From: Amoebophrya sp. A120
Taxonomy: Eukaryota; Protista; Dinoflagellata
Assembly: GCA_905178155.1 (NCBI GenBank)
Contig: CAJINV010000001.1
Coordinates: 4,565,452-4,629,451, forward strand
Direction: 5' to 3'
DNA length: 64,000 nt
Both the position numbers and the translations under genes were made by a program. Positions 14,101 to 26,000 of this stretch are shown here, piece by piece. Numbering within the stretch: the stretch's first letter is position 1; each line of letters begins with the position of its first letter. The notes beneath the pieces were generated by a model. The model did not search any database, was not told the DNA's origin, and was given only the letters and a program-made list of their open reading frames with translations.

Positions 14101-17100
14101 TGCCTTTTCGATATGGGGAGGGGGCATTTTTCCTCACAATAACGCCAGCCGCGTGGTCTGCAGTCCGCGCAACGGGTAAATCAGCTGCGGCGTGGCGATA
14201 TCAAATGTAAAAATGTCTGGGTCTGGAAGATTGCAACTTGTCGTGCTAAATCTGCAGCATGCAAAAATCTGTGTTGCATGATTACCAAAAGTCGCCGAAT
14301 TTTGACCAAGTCGGGAGGTAGTTTCTCATGCAGGATAGGCATTAGAAAGTCCTCGCAGAATCTGTCATGCTAGCTCCGGCATTCCAGACCTCATGGGTCA
14401 TGGAAAAGCAGCATGACAAATCGCGCACTCTTCCAGACCCAGACATTTTTACACTTGATAGGCGACGCCCCCGCGCTCGTTTTGGTACACCGAAATCGTC
14501 TCCATCTTGTAGACCGTGCCTTGCCGGCAGTAGTCGTCGTACGTGCCGCACTGCGTTTTGGGGCAGCTGCTGAACAGCTCGCACAAGCCTTTGGGTACCG
14601 CATACATGTCCCAGAATGTGAAGAAGTTGCACCCGCTCGCACGGTCGCAGTACTCGTAGCACTCGTCGGGGGTGATGGGCTCCAGCAGAGAAGCGCCGGT
14701 GTACGATCGCATCAAGATCGCGCTCTTGCTCTGTCCCGCACCGGGCTGGCACATCGCGCCTTGTACAAAGGTAATGTAGCCCGGCTCGCAGTTGCACACG
14801 TCACCCCGCAGTCTTCCGTCCTTCACGTTGCCGTTGTCTAGGCGAAAATCGACGAACCCCTTGTTGATCGGATCTGGTGCGAGCGGGTTGCCCAGACGCA
14901 GGTTCAGCGGAGACTGTCGGCATTGCCCGGCTTTCAGGACGTAACTGGAATTCATTCACGTTGTCGAAGAGATAGATAGATATTGTTAAAAGAAAGTGTG
15001 TTTCAAAATTTTCCGGACAGAAACAGGATCAGAAAGCAAATAAGAATGAATAACACGGCGATCAGTATAGTAAAACCCGACTTATTTCAATAAAATACTT
15101 GCACTGCGAGTGGTAGGTGCAGCCTCGGCACACCGGCGCCCGGATGTAGCTCATTGGTTGCAGATTCGAGAACGTGTACAGGTCCGTCCCCACGTCGCTG
15201 ACTTCCAGGCAGCGGCAGAACATCCCGTACCGCGCCCCGCAGCGGCTCTGGTAAAACACGGAGTAGTAGTTTTGGATGTCGAACAGCCGCACGCAGTACT
15301 CGCAGTTGCAGTCGGCGGGCTGGTAGAACATCAAGGGGTCCGTTTCGTGCTCGCGCACGCAGTACTCGAACATGCGCTGGCGGCGAAAGGCGACGGCCGT
15401 GTTGTCCAGAATGTGCGGGTCGTCCACCAGCACCGCCCGGGTGCCGTCGCTGGACGTCAGCCACAGGCTGTCCGCGTGCGCGTTGTAGTGCACCGTTTTG
15501 TTGCACCCGAGATAGTATCCTGTGCAAAAGTATCGCACTCGTATAAATGCAAGTCTTGCATTACAAATCTTGTTCCCAAGGCAAATCCGCACTACAAATT
15601 TTATTTCTCACGCTGAGCAAATTTGTAATGCATTTATACGAATACGATACTTTTGCAGTTCATAGAAAGTACTGGTGCACGTGGTTCCACTGAATCGTGT
15701 CCCCCCGCAGCCCCATGCGCTCGTTGTTCGTCACCGGGTTCACGTCCAGGCACCGCTGCGCGTCCCAGTCCTGGCCCGTGCGGTACTTCGCGCTCACCCG
15801 CAGGGCGGCCCGCGCGACGTTCCGCAGCCCGATGGCGCAGTTCAGCAGCGTCTTGGTCCCCCGCGGCCCCTTTTTGCTCGCGTCCCCCGTGAAGTCCGCC
15901 CCGTACTTGCAGGGATCCTCGCTCTTCCGCGGGTAATTCTTGGAAAGGCGGCAGTACATCTCATCCGAGGTGCAGGGGGGCATGGACTCGAAGTGCCAGT
16001 CAAGAATGTCTTATGACGCTGCACTACTCGCCCTCCCTTCATTTGTCACGCTTCACAGACTGCGGGACTCAAGCCCGGGGGGGTGCGCGGTCCGAGGGGT
16101 GCACAAGGCAATGCCACGGCCACACCAACCCACGAGAAAGGCCTCGACCAGAGACAGGCCGGCGATGAGGTTAGGGCACGACGAGCTGGGAGCGCCTGCA
16201 TTTCGCCCCTTCTGGGAGTGTCTGCAAAATGCGCAAAATGTGCAAAATGCGCACAATGCACAGAATACTGCGCGCAAGATGTGCAAAATGTGCAAAATGT
16301 GCAAAATGCGCAAAATGTGCAAAATGCGCAAAATGCGCAAAATGCAGATGAATATTGCCCTGCAGATGAGCGAGAGGGGTAGTTGTGCAAAATGCGCACA
16401 ATGCCCAGAATACCGTGCCAAAACGCGCAGAATGCGCAAAATGTGCAGCATGCGCAAAATGCATATGAACGGGGGAGTTGTGCAATCTGCAAAATGCGCA
16501 AAATGCAGATGAATATTGCCCTGCAGATGAGGGAGAGAGGGGGAGTTGTGCAACCTGATATGTCCACGGACTGCATCTGGGACTCCTTGGTGGAGGAGGT
16601 GAACCCCACGTACCCCCGGCCTGGGTAAATGCCGTCGTCGTCGGCGTTGTTCAAATAGTTGATGTCGAACTTGAACGTCCCGAGATTGTCCGACGCAACG
16701 ACCTGGGAGAGGTCCAAAGGCGTGATCAGCTTCTTCACCCCGTCCAGGTACACTTTCAAAATTCCCACCCTGCCGGTGGCCTGGCGGCGCAAAAAATCCG
16801 GTTGCACATCCCCAAACCACGTCGGCTCGTAGTACTCATCGGACTTCACGTCCTGCGTTTCATACACGATGTCGACCTTGTGCGTACCCTCCTGCAACTT
16901 TGGCAAGTCACTGGTTTCCGCGATCCGGCTGTTTTCGTGGCTCGCGGTCGTCGGCTGCCCGTCCCGCATCGAGGTCATGATCCCGATGTGGTTGTCCGTT
17001 TCGTCCTTCATGTCAAAATCCCGGTACATATCGAATTCAATCGCGAGCGTGAAGAACAATCCGGAGAATCCCATCCCCGCCCGCTCCAGCCCAAGCGCAT

Positions 17101-18286
17101 CACGCTTGTTATTCTGGATCACAAACGCGAACCCGTCCCCACCCTGCTTGTAGCACCATTGCGATTCTTTTCCCGCGACCTTGCACTCCTCCTTCCGGTG
17201 TAAAACGCGGAAGTGAAAGGAAGTTTTGAATCCATACGCGACGAACACCTTCTTCTTTCGGTAGATCGAAGCCCAATTTTGCGCGGTGGGGTTGGTCAGC
17301 CGCAGCCCGAAGTGGCAGACTTGCGGCCTTTTGTGGGGAAGTGCAATGTCGGGAATAAAGTCGTCGGGAACGAATTCAATGGTGCGATTTGCCTCGGTGA
17401 AGCTGCTGTTGAAGATGCGGCTCGCGTATTACAGTGAAAAGTGCCCCCCCACCCCTGAAATCGCAAAAATTTGTGATGCGAAGTTTCCAAATGAACACTT
17501 TTTGTCATGCATGAAAGCAGTATGAATCTTTCTGATGCTGAGTCTAGGCGTGTGTCGCATCGCTTGCATGACAAGCGCCGCTCTTGCTGGGGTCTTTTGC
17601 AATACAAATTTTTACTATTCACGTTTGGAAACCTGTGATGCTGATAGATGCAAGAGGGCGAATGTTTCACTTGGCAAGGTTTGCAATACAAATGCTCCCA
17701 AGTTCGGGGGTGGGGGCATTTTTCATTGTAATATCGCGAACGGGTTGTTCACGTAGTCGGGCAGGAGAAACGCGTTTTCCCGCAGGTTCAGCGGCTTGTA
17801 CCGCGTCTGGAGGTACTGAAACTGCGCGCCCTGCACGTCCCCGTACTGCTTCGACGTGACCTCGTCCAAGTCGCTCGGCCGCGTACCGTTGTTGGCGACC
17901 CGCTCGGCCTCCAGGTTTGCCGCGTTTGCCTCGGGTACCGGGGTGAAGTCTTCCTGTAGCTCGCAGTTCTCCAGGTAGGCGGTCGAGAAGAAGGCTGGGT
18001 TTTGCTGTGGATCGGTCACCGTCCCGCCGGTCAGATAAAAATCTTCCGCTTGGGTGCCCGTGACGTCGACGTAGCTGCGGAAACCCGGATAGGCGAAGAT
18101 GTCGCGGGGGGACGTTTGGCCCGGGACGCCCACAGCTTGCTGTCCCCGCACGCTGAGGTGCAAATGGCCGCCGAAAAAAAGTCCTAGTAGCAGCGAAAGA
18201 GAGGAAAGAAGATCCCGCCGGCACCAGGGGAGCTCCGAAGAGAACACGCACTGGGTACTGATTCGCTTCCGTAGCTTTGAAGACAT
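5109..18286 (-). CDS. Very large secreted multidomain lectin/adhesin: signal peptide, legume (L-type) lectin, Cys-rich/PAN-like, split LamG-like domain, many F5/8-type-C (discoidin)-like repeats, C-terminal EGF
   Basis: Hydrophobic N-terminus (LLSSLSLLLGLFFGG). L-lectin motifs LRLT, GGDGFAFVIQ, LAIEFD, NHIGI, GYVGFTSST, DILDWHF. Repeated DG/DxxxTY/FW...ELE/YEI discoidin motifs. EGF CSGQGAC..CDCLPGYSGDAC. Frame is restored across 12 introners and several GT-AG introns (e.g. 6237-6421, 9482-9733); a few junctions are approximate. Confidence 0.8.
6710..6885. mobile_element. Introner-like element (family J)
   Basis: DR aacac (6705-6709 / 6886-6890); ends tatcaaacaaaaaagtgct vs revcomp tattacaggaaaaagtgtt; joins KWFV|FLFRP. 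Confidence 0.88.
7141..7285. mobile_element. Introner-like element, family C
   Basis: DR ccgcc; TIR tatgaattgcaaaagtatcgtactcgtat / tatcctgtgcaaaactatcgtactcgtat; joins EIRA|VQEC. Confidence 0.93.
7325..7632. mobile_element. Introner-like element, family D
   Basis: DR ccaca; ~37-bp TIR tatggaagcgtcaggtttgaaatcgacaaagttgaaa / tatggatgtgtcaggtttgaaatcgtcaaagttgaaa; joins IRVW|EAVK. Confidence 0.94.
8393..8629. mobile_element. Introner-like element, family E
   Basis: DR tgtcc/ggtcc (1 mismatch); TIR tatcaaagtgcaccactc / tatgagagtgcacaactc; joins DSLD|TFWF. Confidence 0.87.
8852..9114. mobile_element. Introner-like element, family A
   Basis: DR gtact; TIR tatcaaatgcaaaaatgtctgggtctggaa; joins EAQY|VRLT. 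Confidence 0.95.
12200..12456. mobile_element. Introner-like element, family F
   Basis: DR cagta; long imperfect TIR tatagcctcctcagccgttacattctcag / tatggcctcctcaggtgttacaccctcaa; joins DTY|WSSG. Confidence 0.9.
12934..13140. mobile_element. Introner-like element, family G (short divergent member)
   Basis: DR gtccc; TIR tatcacattgaaaagtgccccc / tactacaatgaaaagtgccccc; joins VPRD|KCYS. Confidence 0.92.
13822..14141. mobile_element. Introner-like element, family B
   Basis: DR acgcc; similar along its length to 780-1104 (e.g. gaggactgca, acgtctgc.ctataggcc, acaaa.cgcctgcata). Confidence 0.93.
14199..14460. mobile_element. Introner-like element, family A
   Basis: DR ggcga; TIR tatcaaatgtaaaaatgtctgggtctggaag. 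Confidence 0.95.
15516..15664. mobile_element. Introner-like element, family C (apparently opposite orientation to 7141-7285)
   Basis: DR gatag/gaaag (1 mismatch); left end tatcctgtgcaaaagtatcg, right end revcomp tatgaactgcaaaagtatcg. Confidence 0.9.
16012..16560. mobile_element. Introner-like element, family E, expanded by internal tandem repeats
   Basis: DR tgtct/tgtcc; ends tatgacgctgcactactc and gggggagttgtgcaacctgata; joins QSVD|ILDWHF. Confidence 0.85.
16223..16510. repeat. 9-bp minisatellite (GCAAAATGY) inside an introner
   Basis: Tandem gcaaaatgc/gcaaaatgt units plus duplicated aaatgcagatgaatattgccctgcagatga (about 16340 and 16501). Confidence 0.9.
17427..17733. mobile_element. Introner-like element, family G
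   Basis: DR tcgcg; TIR tattacagtgaaaagtgcccccccacccc / tattacaatgaaaaatgcccccacccc; close copy of 37649-37954; joins NPFA|SRIF. Confidence 0.95.
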
Positions 18287-19120
18287 GGTGCTGGTGGACA
18301 CGTCGCAAGCCGGCCGCGTATGATTTCCACGCGCCTCCTGCTTCCGGTCGCTAGCGCTACGCGAACGACCGCAACTGCGGTGCAATGTCCGCTGCGGAAA
18401 AAGTTTCAAATGTGGTGGTGGCAACAGGTTGCCAGGAGCTCCAGTGTGGCAAAGCCAGTTCTCGCCCGCATCGTTCTGCGCTCGCGCCCTCCCCCGTCGC
18501 CGGCGACGCTTGCAAAACCATCTGCGAGGTGGAATGGCTTTCCGGCAGTGAAGATTCCCAGCTCCGTCTTCTAAACCGAAATCGCCAGTCGTGGACATCC
18601 ATGGTCGGCCTCGCTCCAGGAGGCCACACCGCCTCTGGCTGCGCATCCTCCGACATGGAGCTGCGCCGAGGCGGTCAGCGGAGCGCATGCATCATGCTCT
18701 CTGACTGCCTCTCAGCTACGCGGAAGCCACACGGACCACAACGCCTGAGCTGCCTCCTCTACAATAAAGTAAGATTAGGACGAAATTGAGGCACATTAGG
18801 AATAAACCACACACGTCTTCAAATTGCACACATCAAGCCCCTCACGCTTAATATAACCGCATACATACATTCTCTCAGATGGATCCCGCCGGCTCCTCCC
18901 GTGGTGTGAAGATCCATTCGTCTCTCAAGAGAACGGAGGCAAGCTGCGATGCAGACAGATCAGCAGCGCTAAGAAGTGCGGGCGCCGCTGGAAGGCCAAT
19001 GGCGTAGCACCGCTTGTTAAATCTGCTTCTTCTTCTTCTTGGAATTGTCCTTCATCGTGCGCCAGAAAGATAGTTAGCACAGCAGAACTGAGAATCAGAC
19101 AACACACAGACGCAAGCAAA

Positions 19121-20212
19121 CTAGCTCTCTATCTCCAAAGTGATTCCCGCTTTATCTTCTAGGAACTTCGCCAAATACGTGTAGTCAATGATCTCCCCCT
19201 GTTTCCGAGCGTCGTCGCATTCCCCCTGGTAAAACGACGCTGCATCGTCTAAGAGCTCCGCAACGCGCGGCAGAATTGCTGTCTGATGACCACCCTCTGG
19301 ATGCTGGCCCACAGAACTGGCATCCAAAATCAGATTTCTTGCTGCGTCGCAATCCTTTTGCATCAGCTGCAAGTCGAATCCATACCCGAACCGGCGTGAA
19401 AACACCTCCTCCGGCACGCGCTGTATGCTCTGGAGCGACCGCCCGGAGCTGCTGTTGATGCAGCGAAGCGCTTTCTCCAAGTCTAGCCTGTCCCCGAAGA
19501 GTTTTCGCAACACCAGCAGTCCCTCGACGGTCGTCGCCAAATTCGCACTGTTCAATATGTTATTGATCGACTTTACCGCGTGTGCACTCCCAAGGGCACC
19601 GCAGGATTCCCGCTTCGCGGCAAAGGCACTGGCAAAGTGCTTCGCGTACGCCACGGCGGCTGTCGAATTCCCACCGAACATGGCCGTCACCGTCGCTGCC
19701 TGGGCACCGCGAGGGCCGCCGGAGACGGGACAATCCACGAAGGTGATACCGTGCTCAGCAAGCATCTCGCCGATTTCTATGGTGTGCGCGTACTCTCCAG
19801 AGGTGCAGTCGATTAGGAGTGATACCGGGCGAAGAGCTGATCTAGGGGATAATATTCTCTCGCTTTCAGTAGAAGGCTCCGATGCAGTACCATGGAGGTC
19901 GAACCGATGCTCATCATCCACCAAGCCTTCCCCCACTGCTCGGCGTCTGGCCTCGATAATGCGCGAGGCCACGTCATGAACCTCGCGCCAGCACGGGAGG
20001 CACGAAAACAAAGTGGGACATCGGAAGTCTTCGATCTCGGCAACCGCAGTAGTTCCGTGCTCCATTGCATGTAGGGTTGCAACGTGCGTCGTGCGATTCC
20101 ACACAGCGCACGGACCGAATTTCTTATGTAGGTGCGCTGCCATCGGAAACCCCATGCGCCCAAGGCCCACGAAGCCTACACGCGCAGCTGAGCTACTAGT
20201 GGAGGACGACAT
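19121..20212 (-). CDS. NAD(P)-dependent beta-hydroxyacid dehydrogenase (3-hydroxyisobutyrate dehydrogenase / 6PGDH NAD-binding family)
   Basis: VGFVGLGRMGFPMA Rossmann motif, FVDCPVSGG, catalytic AVKSINN, F...LMQKD; apparently intronless; start taken at the first ATG. Confidence 0.9.
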   Translation of the reverse strand: MSSSTSSSAARVGFVGLGRMGFPMAAHLHKKFGPCAVWNRTTHVATLHAMEHGTTAVAEIEDFRCPTLFSCLPCWREVHDVASRIIEARRRAVGEGLVDDEHRFDLHGTASEPSTESERILSPRSALRPVSLLIDCTSGEYAHTIEIGEMLAEHGITFVDCPVSGGPRGAQAATVTAMFGGNSTAAVAYAKHFASAFAAKRESCGALGSAHAVKSINNILNSANLATTVEGLLVLRKLFGDRLDLEKALRCINSSSGRSLQSIQRVPEEVFSRRFGYGFDLQLMQKDCDAARNLILDASSVGQHPEGGHQTAILPRVAELLDDAASFYQGECDDARKQGEIIDYTYLAKFLEDKAGITLEIES

Positions 20213-20659
20213 GCTTGCCGAACGGCTGTTGCTAAGAGCTGAATCGAGACAAAACGTGACCAGAAAATGGGACAACCAGCGAGTTAGTTTTTTAACCGCA
20301 TCACTTTCACACACTGTTGTCTGAGGCCAGAGCCAGACTATTGTAGGTTCCACGCGTTGCTTTAGGAACAAAAGCACTTCTCCCTCTCTCTACATTGAAC
20401 GATCCCGGAAGCGCACAGATGACAGCAACAAAGCAGAAGCAATGAACACGAGTAGCTTGCAAGAGAGTACAGTAGAGGCGGGGAAGCCTTCTGAATTTCT
20501 GGACCTGCCTCGACAGATGAATATTCCACTGTTGCTCCCTATGAGCAACGACACAAACTAAACGGACTTGTCATAGGACTTCTGTTCACTCTTTCCGTGT
20601 TTTACGAAAGGAGCAGTGCGCACGTTCAAAATTTCATTCGATTGGGCACAACGGCTCGC

Positions 20660-21368
20660 TTACTTCTTCTCAGCCTTCTTTTTCTTCGGGGCCGGAGCGT
20701 CCTCCTCCTTCTTGGCCTTTTCCTTCTCCTGAAGGACCTGCTTGACGCATCGCTGTTCCTCGATCAGGAAGGCACGGATGACACTGTAGTGGATTTTTTT
20801 AACGTATCGGGAACATCAACAGACCTTCCTGACCGACACGTCGCGACACACACAAGACAACACACCAAACAAAAAGCCTAATGTTGTTGACATCAAAATG
20901 ACAAATGTAAAGCACAAACACAATTTGGAAGTAATAAGTACCGCTGGCGCACGGCTCCGGCGGAAAGGGTACCACCGTAGGCGCGGGCAACCTTGCGCTG
21001 TCTCTTCTTCAAGGTCTTGTACTTGTGCGGGCGCAGAGTCGGCACACCGATCAGCGGCTTCTTGGTGTCACCGCATTTCGGGGCCTTGGCCTTCTTCGTG
21101 ACGACCTGGTAGTTTGGAAATTTGGCGATTTTAGTGGACAATTCTACAGGGAGAGAGAACCAGCAGTGAGAAGCGAAAGAACAGAATCGAATTTAGATTG
21201 AGATTTAAAAACGCGAGCCTTTCGGCGTTAGTATTCGCGAAAATCTAAATCATAACTAGCTGGCCCTACCTGGTAGGTCAAGCGACCACCCGGAGTCTTC
21301 ACGAAGCGGTGCTTGTTGGAACGGGTGTTCCAGGAAACGTGGCGGCGGAAAGTCTGACGAGTCACCAT
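20660..21368 (-). CDS. rpl34: 60S ribosomal protein L34 (eL34), three exons
   Basis: MVTRQTFRRHVSWNTRSNK..VKTPGGRLTYQ|VVTKKAKAPKCGD..VARAYGG..AVRQR|VIRAFLIEEQ; GT-AG introns 21106-21269 and about 20784-20941. Confidence 0.96.
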
Positions 21369-22602
21369 TTTTGTCCGTTTTTGTGTCGAGAATATCCAGT
21401 CCTAGATCCTCTCCCTGTCAGATGTAAGGAAATGAAGCTCTTATCAGTTGCGTAGGCAGAGCAGAATCATAGTGCTATTCGTAGGGCATAGTCGTATTCT
21501 AAATTTCACAAAATTTAGATCGCATCTATTACTGATCCTTTTTCGATCCTTAACATGATCACACCATTTTCATTCTATCCTTCATCAGATTTTCAGGATC
21601 GACAATTTCGCTTGCTGAACCTTCTGGATCTTGTCAACACGGAATGGCTCTTTGCACAGGTTACTGAATCTGTTCTTTAGTCACGTCTCGCGTGCCCGCA
21701 CTGCGATCGATTTATACATGGAATCGTGAGTGATCATTCGCTTTACATCGAAGCGGAAGCTCCGGGAAAATTGTTATCATATTCGTGTCCTTCTGGAATG
21801 TCGCGTGCGCATTCAGTTTTAGACTATGACTACGTGAGCGAACGGTATGATTTAAACCAATGGCTGATCCATCATCTTGCACGGCGTGTCACATGCAATG
21901 AAAGAACCTTTTTGACAGATTTGGACCGACCAGTGATCTGATGATCCCCATCTTGGCAAAAATGCTGCACACTGCGATAGACGTCACGAGAGGGAACAGT
22001 TTGCAGCTTCCAGCAGGTGTGCTGGGTGACAGCAGATGTAGGACACACAAGAATATAGTGATCCGTCATAATCAGCCGACATTTAGATCTCCATGACCTC
22101 CTGTAGCGGCTCGACAGCGACGAGTGATCCGCATACTACAACAGGTCAAACCTGGCAACAGCAATGAAAATTTGCAGCCAGTCGAGCATCATGCCGACAG
22201 GGCAGCGAGGCATAACAGTGAAACAGGTAAATGTGGCGTTTTGCAAAAAGTGTGGTAGACGGATCGATTGGAAAAGTTTAGCAATTCTGAAAAGGAGCAC
22301 GAGACACATCCATCCAAGAGGCATTAAAGTTTCAGAATCTCCTCACTGACTTTGTCTCGCTCAGCAGGAGTCACATTTCGCAGGGTGTAAAGGCTTGTTG
22401 TAGTAGACAGCGGCAGGTCAAAGAGACAGTCACTAGGCTGGCAAAAATGTCGTTAACTAACAACCAAAGAGCCATGAGAATCGGGATTACTCTGTTATAC
22501 CATAAGTAGAAATGTGTGGCCGCGGCAAATAGAGATCTATGAGAGCAATTGGTTTGCGTTTTTCTCCTGCGCTCAAGTACATTTGAATATGCCACCAGCA
22601 AC

Positions 22603-22647
22603 ATCCACGTAGATTTAGATATGCCATCCACGTAGATTTAGATATGC
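22603..22647. repeat. Short tandem duplication
   Basis: atccacgtagatttagatatgc twice in direct orientation. Confidence 0.8.
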
Positions 22648-23045
22648 TGGCGCCCGCGAAAAGGCTCTTTAGAAACTTGGAAAGCGTCCTACGCCTACGA
22701 TACTGCCTTGCGTAAGTATCTGCAGAAAGTGCGTGGTGTCCCTCCTGTCCTAGTTTATCCAATCAGTCTAAAGATACTCAGCTAATCTCAATGTCGACAA
22801 GTATCGCAGATTGACTCACATGCTCGCGGGTATTCTCTAGGCAGGACACGTCGTAATGTCAGAGATGAAGTAAAACGTGAAAACCTTTTGCTTCGTTTGC
22901 GACTTGAGATCCACATGACAGGATCAGAATAGAAATAGCATAATATTGCGAAGCACTTCTCGTCGTGGCACCGTCTCAGTCCGTTTCAGACGTGGTCTAA
23001 AATTGACGACGTGGTCTACAATTGACTTTCTTGTTCCGGGTACAT

Positions 23046-26000
23046 CTAGAGTCTCCGCGGCTGATCGTCAGCTGGGTTCTCCGCCCCAAAGAACAACGCG
23101 CCGTAATTGTGCGCGGTCCGCGCGTATCCACTGTAAATATGTCTGGGACTGGAAAGGTTCATAGTTCTTTGCTTCTGGTCAGCTACACAAAACATATACA
23201 TAAAACTCTGTAATACATACGTCCCAAAAGCTGTTCGCTTTTGGCCACGCTGAGAGGAAATCTCGCAGGCGGAATAGGCAATGCAAAGCTTTTACGCAAC
23301 TTGTGATGCCAGCCCTGCATCCCAGACCTGCTCGGGCATGAAAAAGCTGCGTCACAAACTTCTGCGATCTTCCAGTGCCAACCATAAATGTGCATTTGAT
23401 AGCGCGCTCAGGTTCCCCCGCTGCACGTAATTGTACTCCTTTCTTTTCCCATGCGCAGCCCTGCTCACCTGGTGCGTTGCCCAGAGCGACCGCGGGTCTC
23501 GCTCCCCCGGAAAGTGAAGCCCAAAGAACGCAAACCGTAGGCTTCCGCTGACTATCAAATGCAAAAATGTCTGGGTCTGGAAGCTTGTAATGCTAAAAGT
23601 GGATGATAGACTTAGACGCACTGCAATACGCAGCCACGCATGACAAATTTTATGGCTACCATGTCTTACGTATTCCGCATGGCAAACGGCGTTTTTACAC
23701 GACAGGTAGGAGGGCCTTTTTGTGCCTATGCAACACAGATTCAGATTCTCGAGTTATGCCAGACAAGCATGACAAACTTGCACTCTTCCAGACCCAGACA
23801 CTTTTGCATTTGATACTGACCCATCGTGTGGGCTCCTCCAGAACAAAGGAAACGGTGACCGGCTCCTCTTTTCCCTCCGCCGCCGCGCGCTCGTCGTACA
23901 CTTGGATGCCGAACGAGATGCGGCGCGCGGTTTGGCGGGGTGGTGACACGGTGGGCGCGAAATGCGCGCCGCCGAGCGGCACCAACGCTGGCACGTCTGG
24001 AAAGGCCTCCGCGTTCAACGCATAGCGCGCCCGGTTCGGGCCGTAGCGAGTATCTAGAAACTCGCGCACCTCCACGGCGACGTCGCGCACCGTCCGTCGG
24101 CGCAGAATGTCGCCGAACTCGTATCCCACCCGCAGGGCGAATGGCGTTTTCTCCACCGGAGCGCTGATGGCCGTCCTTTGCAGCTCGGCGGCGAACGGAC
24201 CCTCCACGAGCTTGTGCAGAAAGTTGGACACAGAGGGCTGGCTCCAGATTACGGAAACGATGGGCGTCGCGCCAGCCGCTCCTCCAGCCAGCCTCTGTTG
24301 CTCCTGGGCGATAGCCTGCTGGAGAGTACCACTGCATTTTCTACTTGCTCGTGCCGTGCCGCGATTTCTATCGCCATGCGCAGCCGATTCTGCTGCTTCC
24401 ATTTCGACGTCCACCGCCGTAGTACTTTTATCCCCGCCCTCCGCTGCTAACACGGACCCGAGCGCCCTTGCGTTTGGCAGCTGTTCTGTCGCCGTGTGGT
24501 TCCCGTCGCTCCCGCTACTGCTCTGACTGAACAGGAACATACAACTGTCCTCCTCCAACATTTCCTGCTTGGTGAGCGGCACCGTGTGGTCCCGGGGAGC
24601 TTTTTCCAAAGGGCACTCTGTTTCTGGCACTGCCGGGGGGATCAACGGCATCCAAGGCAGTTCCTCCTCATCCTCGTCTGGCAACGGCAGTAGAGAGGGA
24701 CTGTACGTCGCTTCCGACCCCGGGGTATGCATTGCAAATATCTTCGACCTGGGTCTGGAAGGTAGAAGACTTGTAGTGCGTATCTGGTACCATGGCTGCG
24801 AAGTTTGTGTTGATGCGTGTTGCTAAAGAGTATTCCTTTTTTATATTGCAAAAGTGCGATTTCTTATGCGGAATCAATACGCAAGAACATAGGGCTCCCA
24901 AAAAACTTTTCATGCTAGGTGGTTGACTATTGTACTCTATTCATCAGCCACAAATTCGCATGACAACTTCCCAGACCCAGACACATTCGCAGTGGATACG
25001 GGGCGGAACAACACCGGCTGCTGGTTACCACTGAGTCCAGGTTATCCTGTGTAATAACGTCATGCAAGTCTGCATGCCTAAAATGATCCTCATGCGCATC
25101 CCTACGGAGACCATTTTTCAATGTCATCTGGGTAGAACTCATCATGCTCTACTAAGGATGAGACCATCGCTCTGTGATGCTGCTTCGCTAGCTCAACGCG
25201 ATTACTTAAATTACTGGCCCAAACTTGATGTCATGCGTCACAGCCAACACGTGGCACTGTGTGCAGCAGATTATAATCCCCATCCTGACTTAGTCAGGCG
25301 GGCACGCTTATTTTACACAGGATACAGGTCCGAGGACATTGAGTCGACGTCGTCGCTCGGACTGGTCGGACTCGCGCCCCCGGCGCCCCACTCACTAGCT
25401 GGACTGGCGAACACCGACGCCGAATCCTCGAGAAAGAACGTAGACAGGGAGCTGCCGCTGGCCGTCTTCGCCAGCGTCGTGCTGACCGCGCTCAAGGCCG
25501 GCGAGGGCGCGCTCTTCCGCGCTTCGTCCGCGCTTGCGGTAAATTGGCTCCGGAATGATGAACTCGGCGTTGAACTAGCACCACCACCAGCACCTCCTCT
25601 ACTACCCGGCATCGTCGAGACCGCATCTCCCCTGTTGTACTCTGTCGCCCCAGGGATCGAACTATTGCTCGAAGCCGCCCCCCCGCCCCGCTGACTAGTG
25701 CTGCTCGCAGGCTTCAGGATCTGCCCGGGGGGGGAGGTCAGAAGATCTCTACTGCGGCTCCGGCCACCCGAAGCTGCGCCCCCTCGGTCCCGTCCGGTGG
25801 CTCCCAGCGGCAGCTGCACCTTCCCGTTTGACCTGCTACGCCCTTGTTTGTTCGACGCGCCACCTCCCACGGAAGAAGCGGATGAGGCGGAAAGCTGGGC
25901 TCCTGATGCAGGCTCCTGTGCGGCAGGAGCAGTACAACTACTTTCTGGTGCGCCGCCGCGCGCTTCGGTGCTTTTACTTCTCGAAAATAAATACTCCGAT

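Noticed and set aside
16223-16510. Possible CRISPR array or Cys/His-rich repeat protein
   Set aside because: Simple 9-bp tandem units without unique spacers, located inside an introner
21400-23040. Short ORFs in the intergenic stretch
   Set aside because: No codon bias or recognisable motif; could be decayed mobile DNA but this is unsupported
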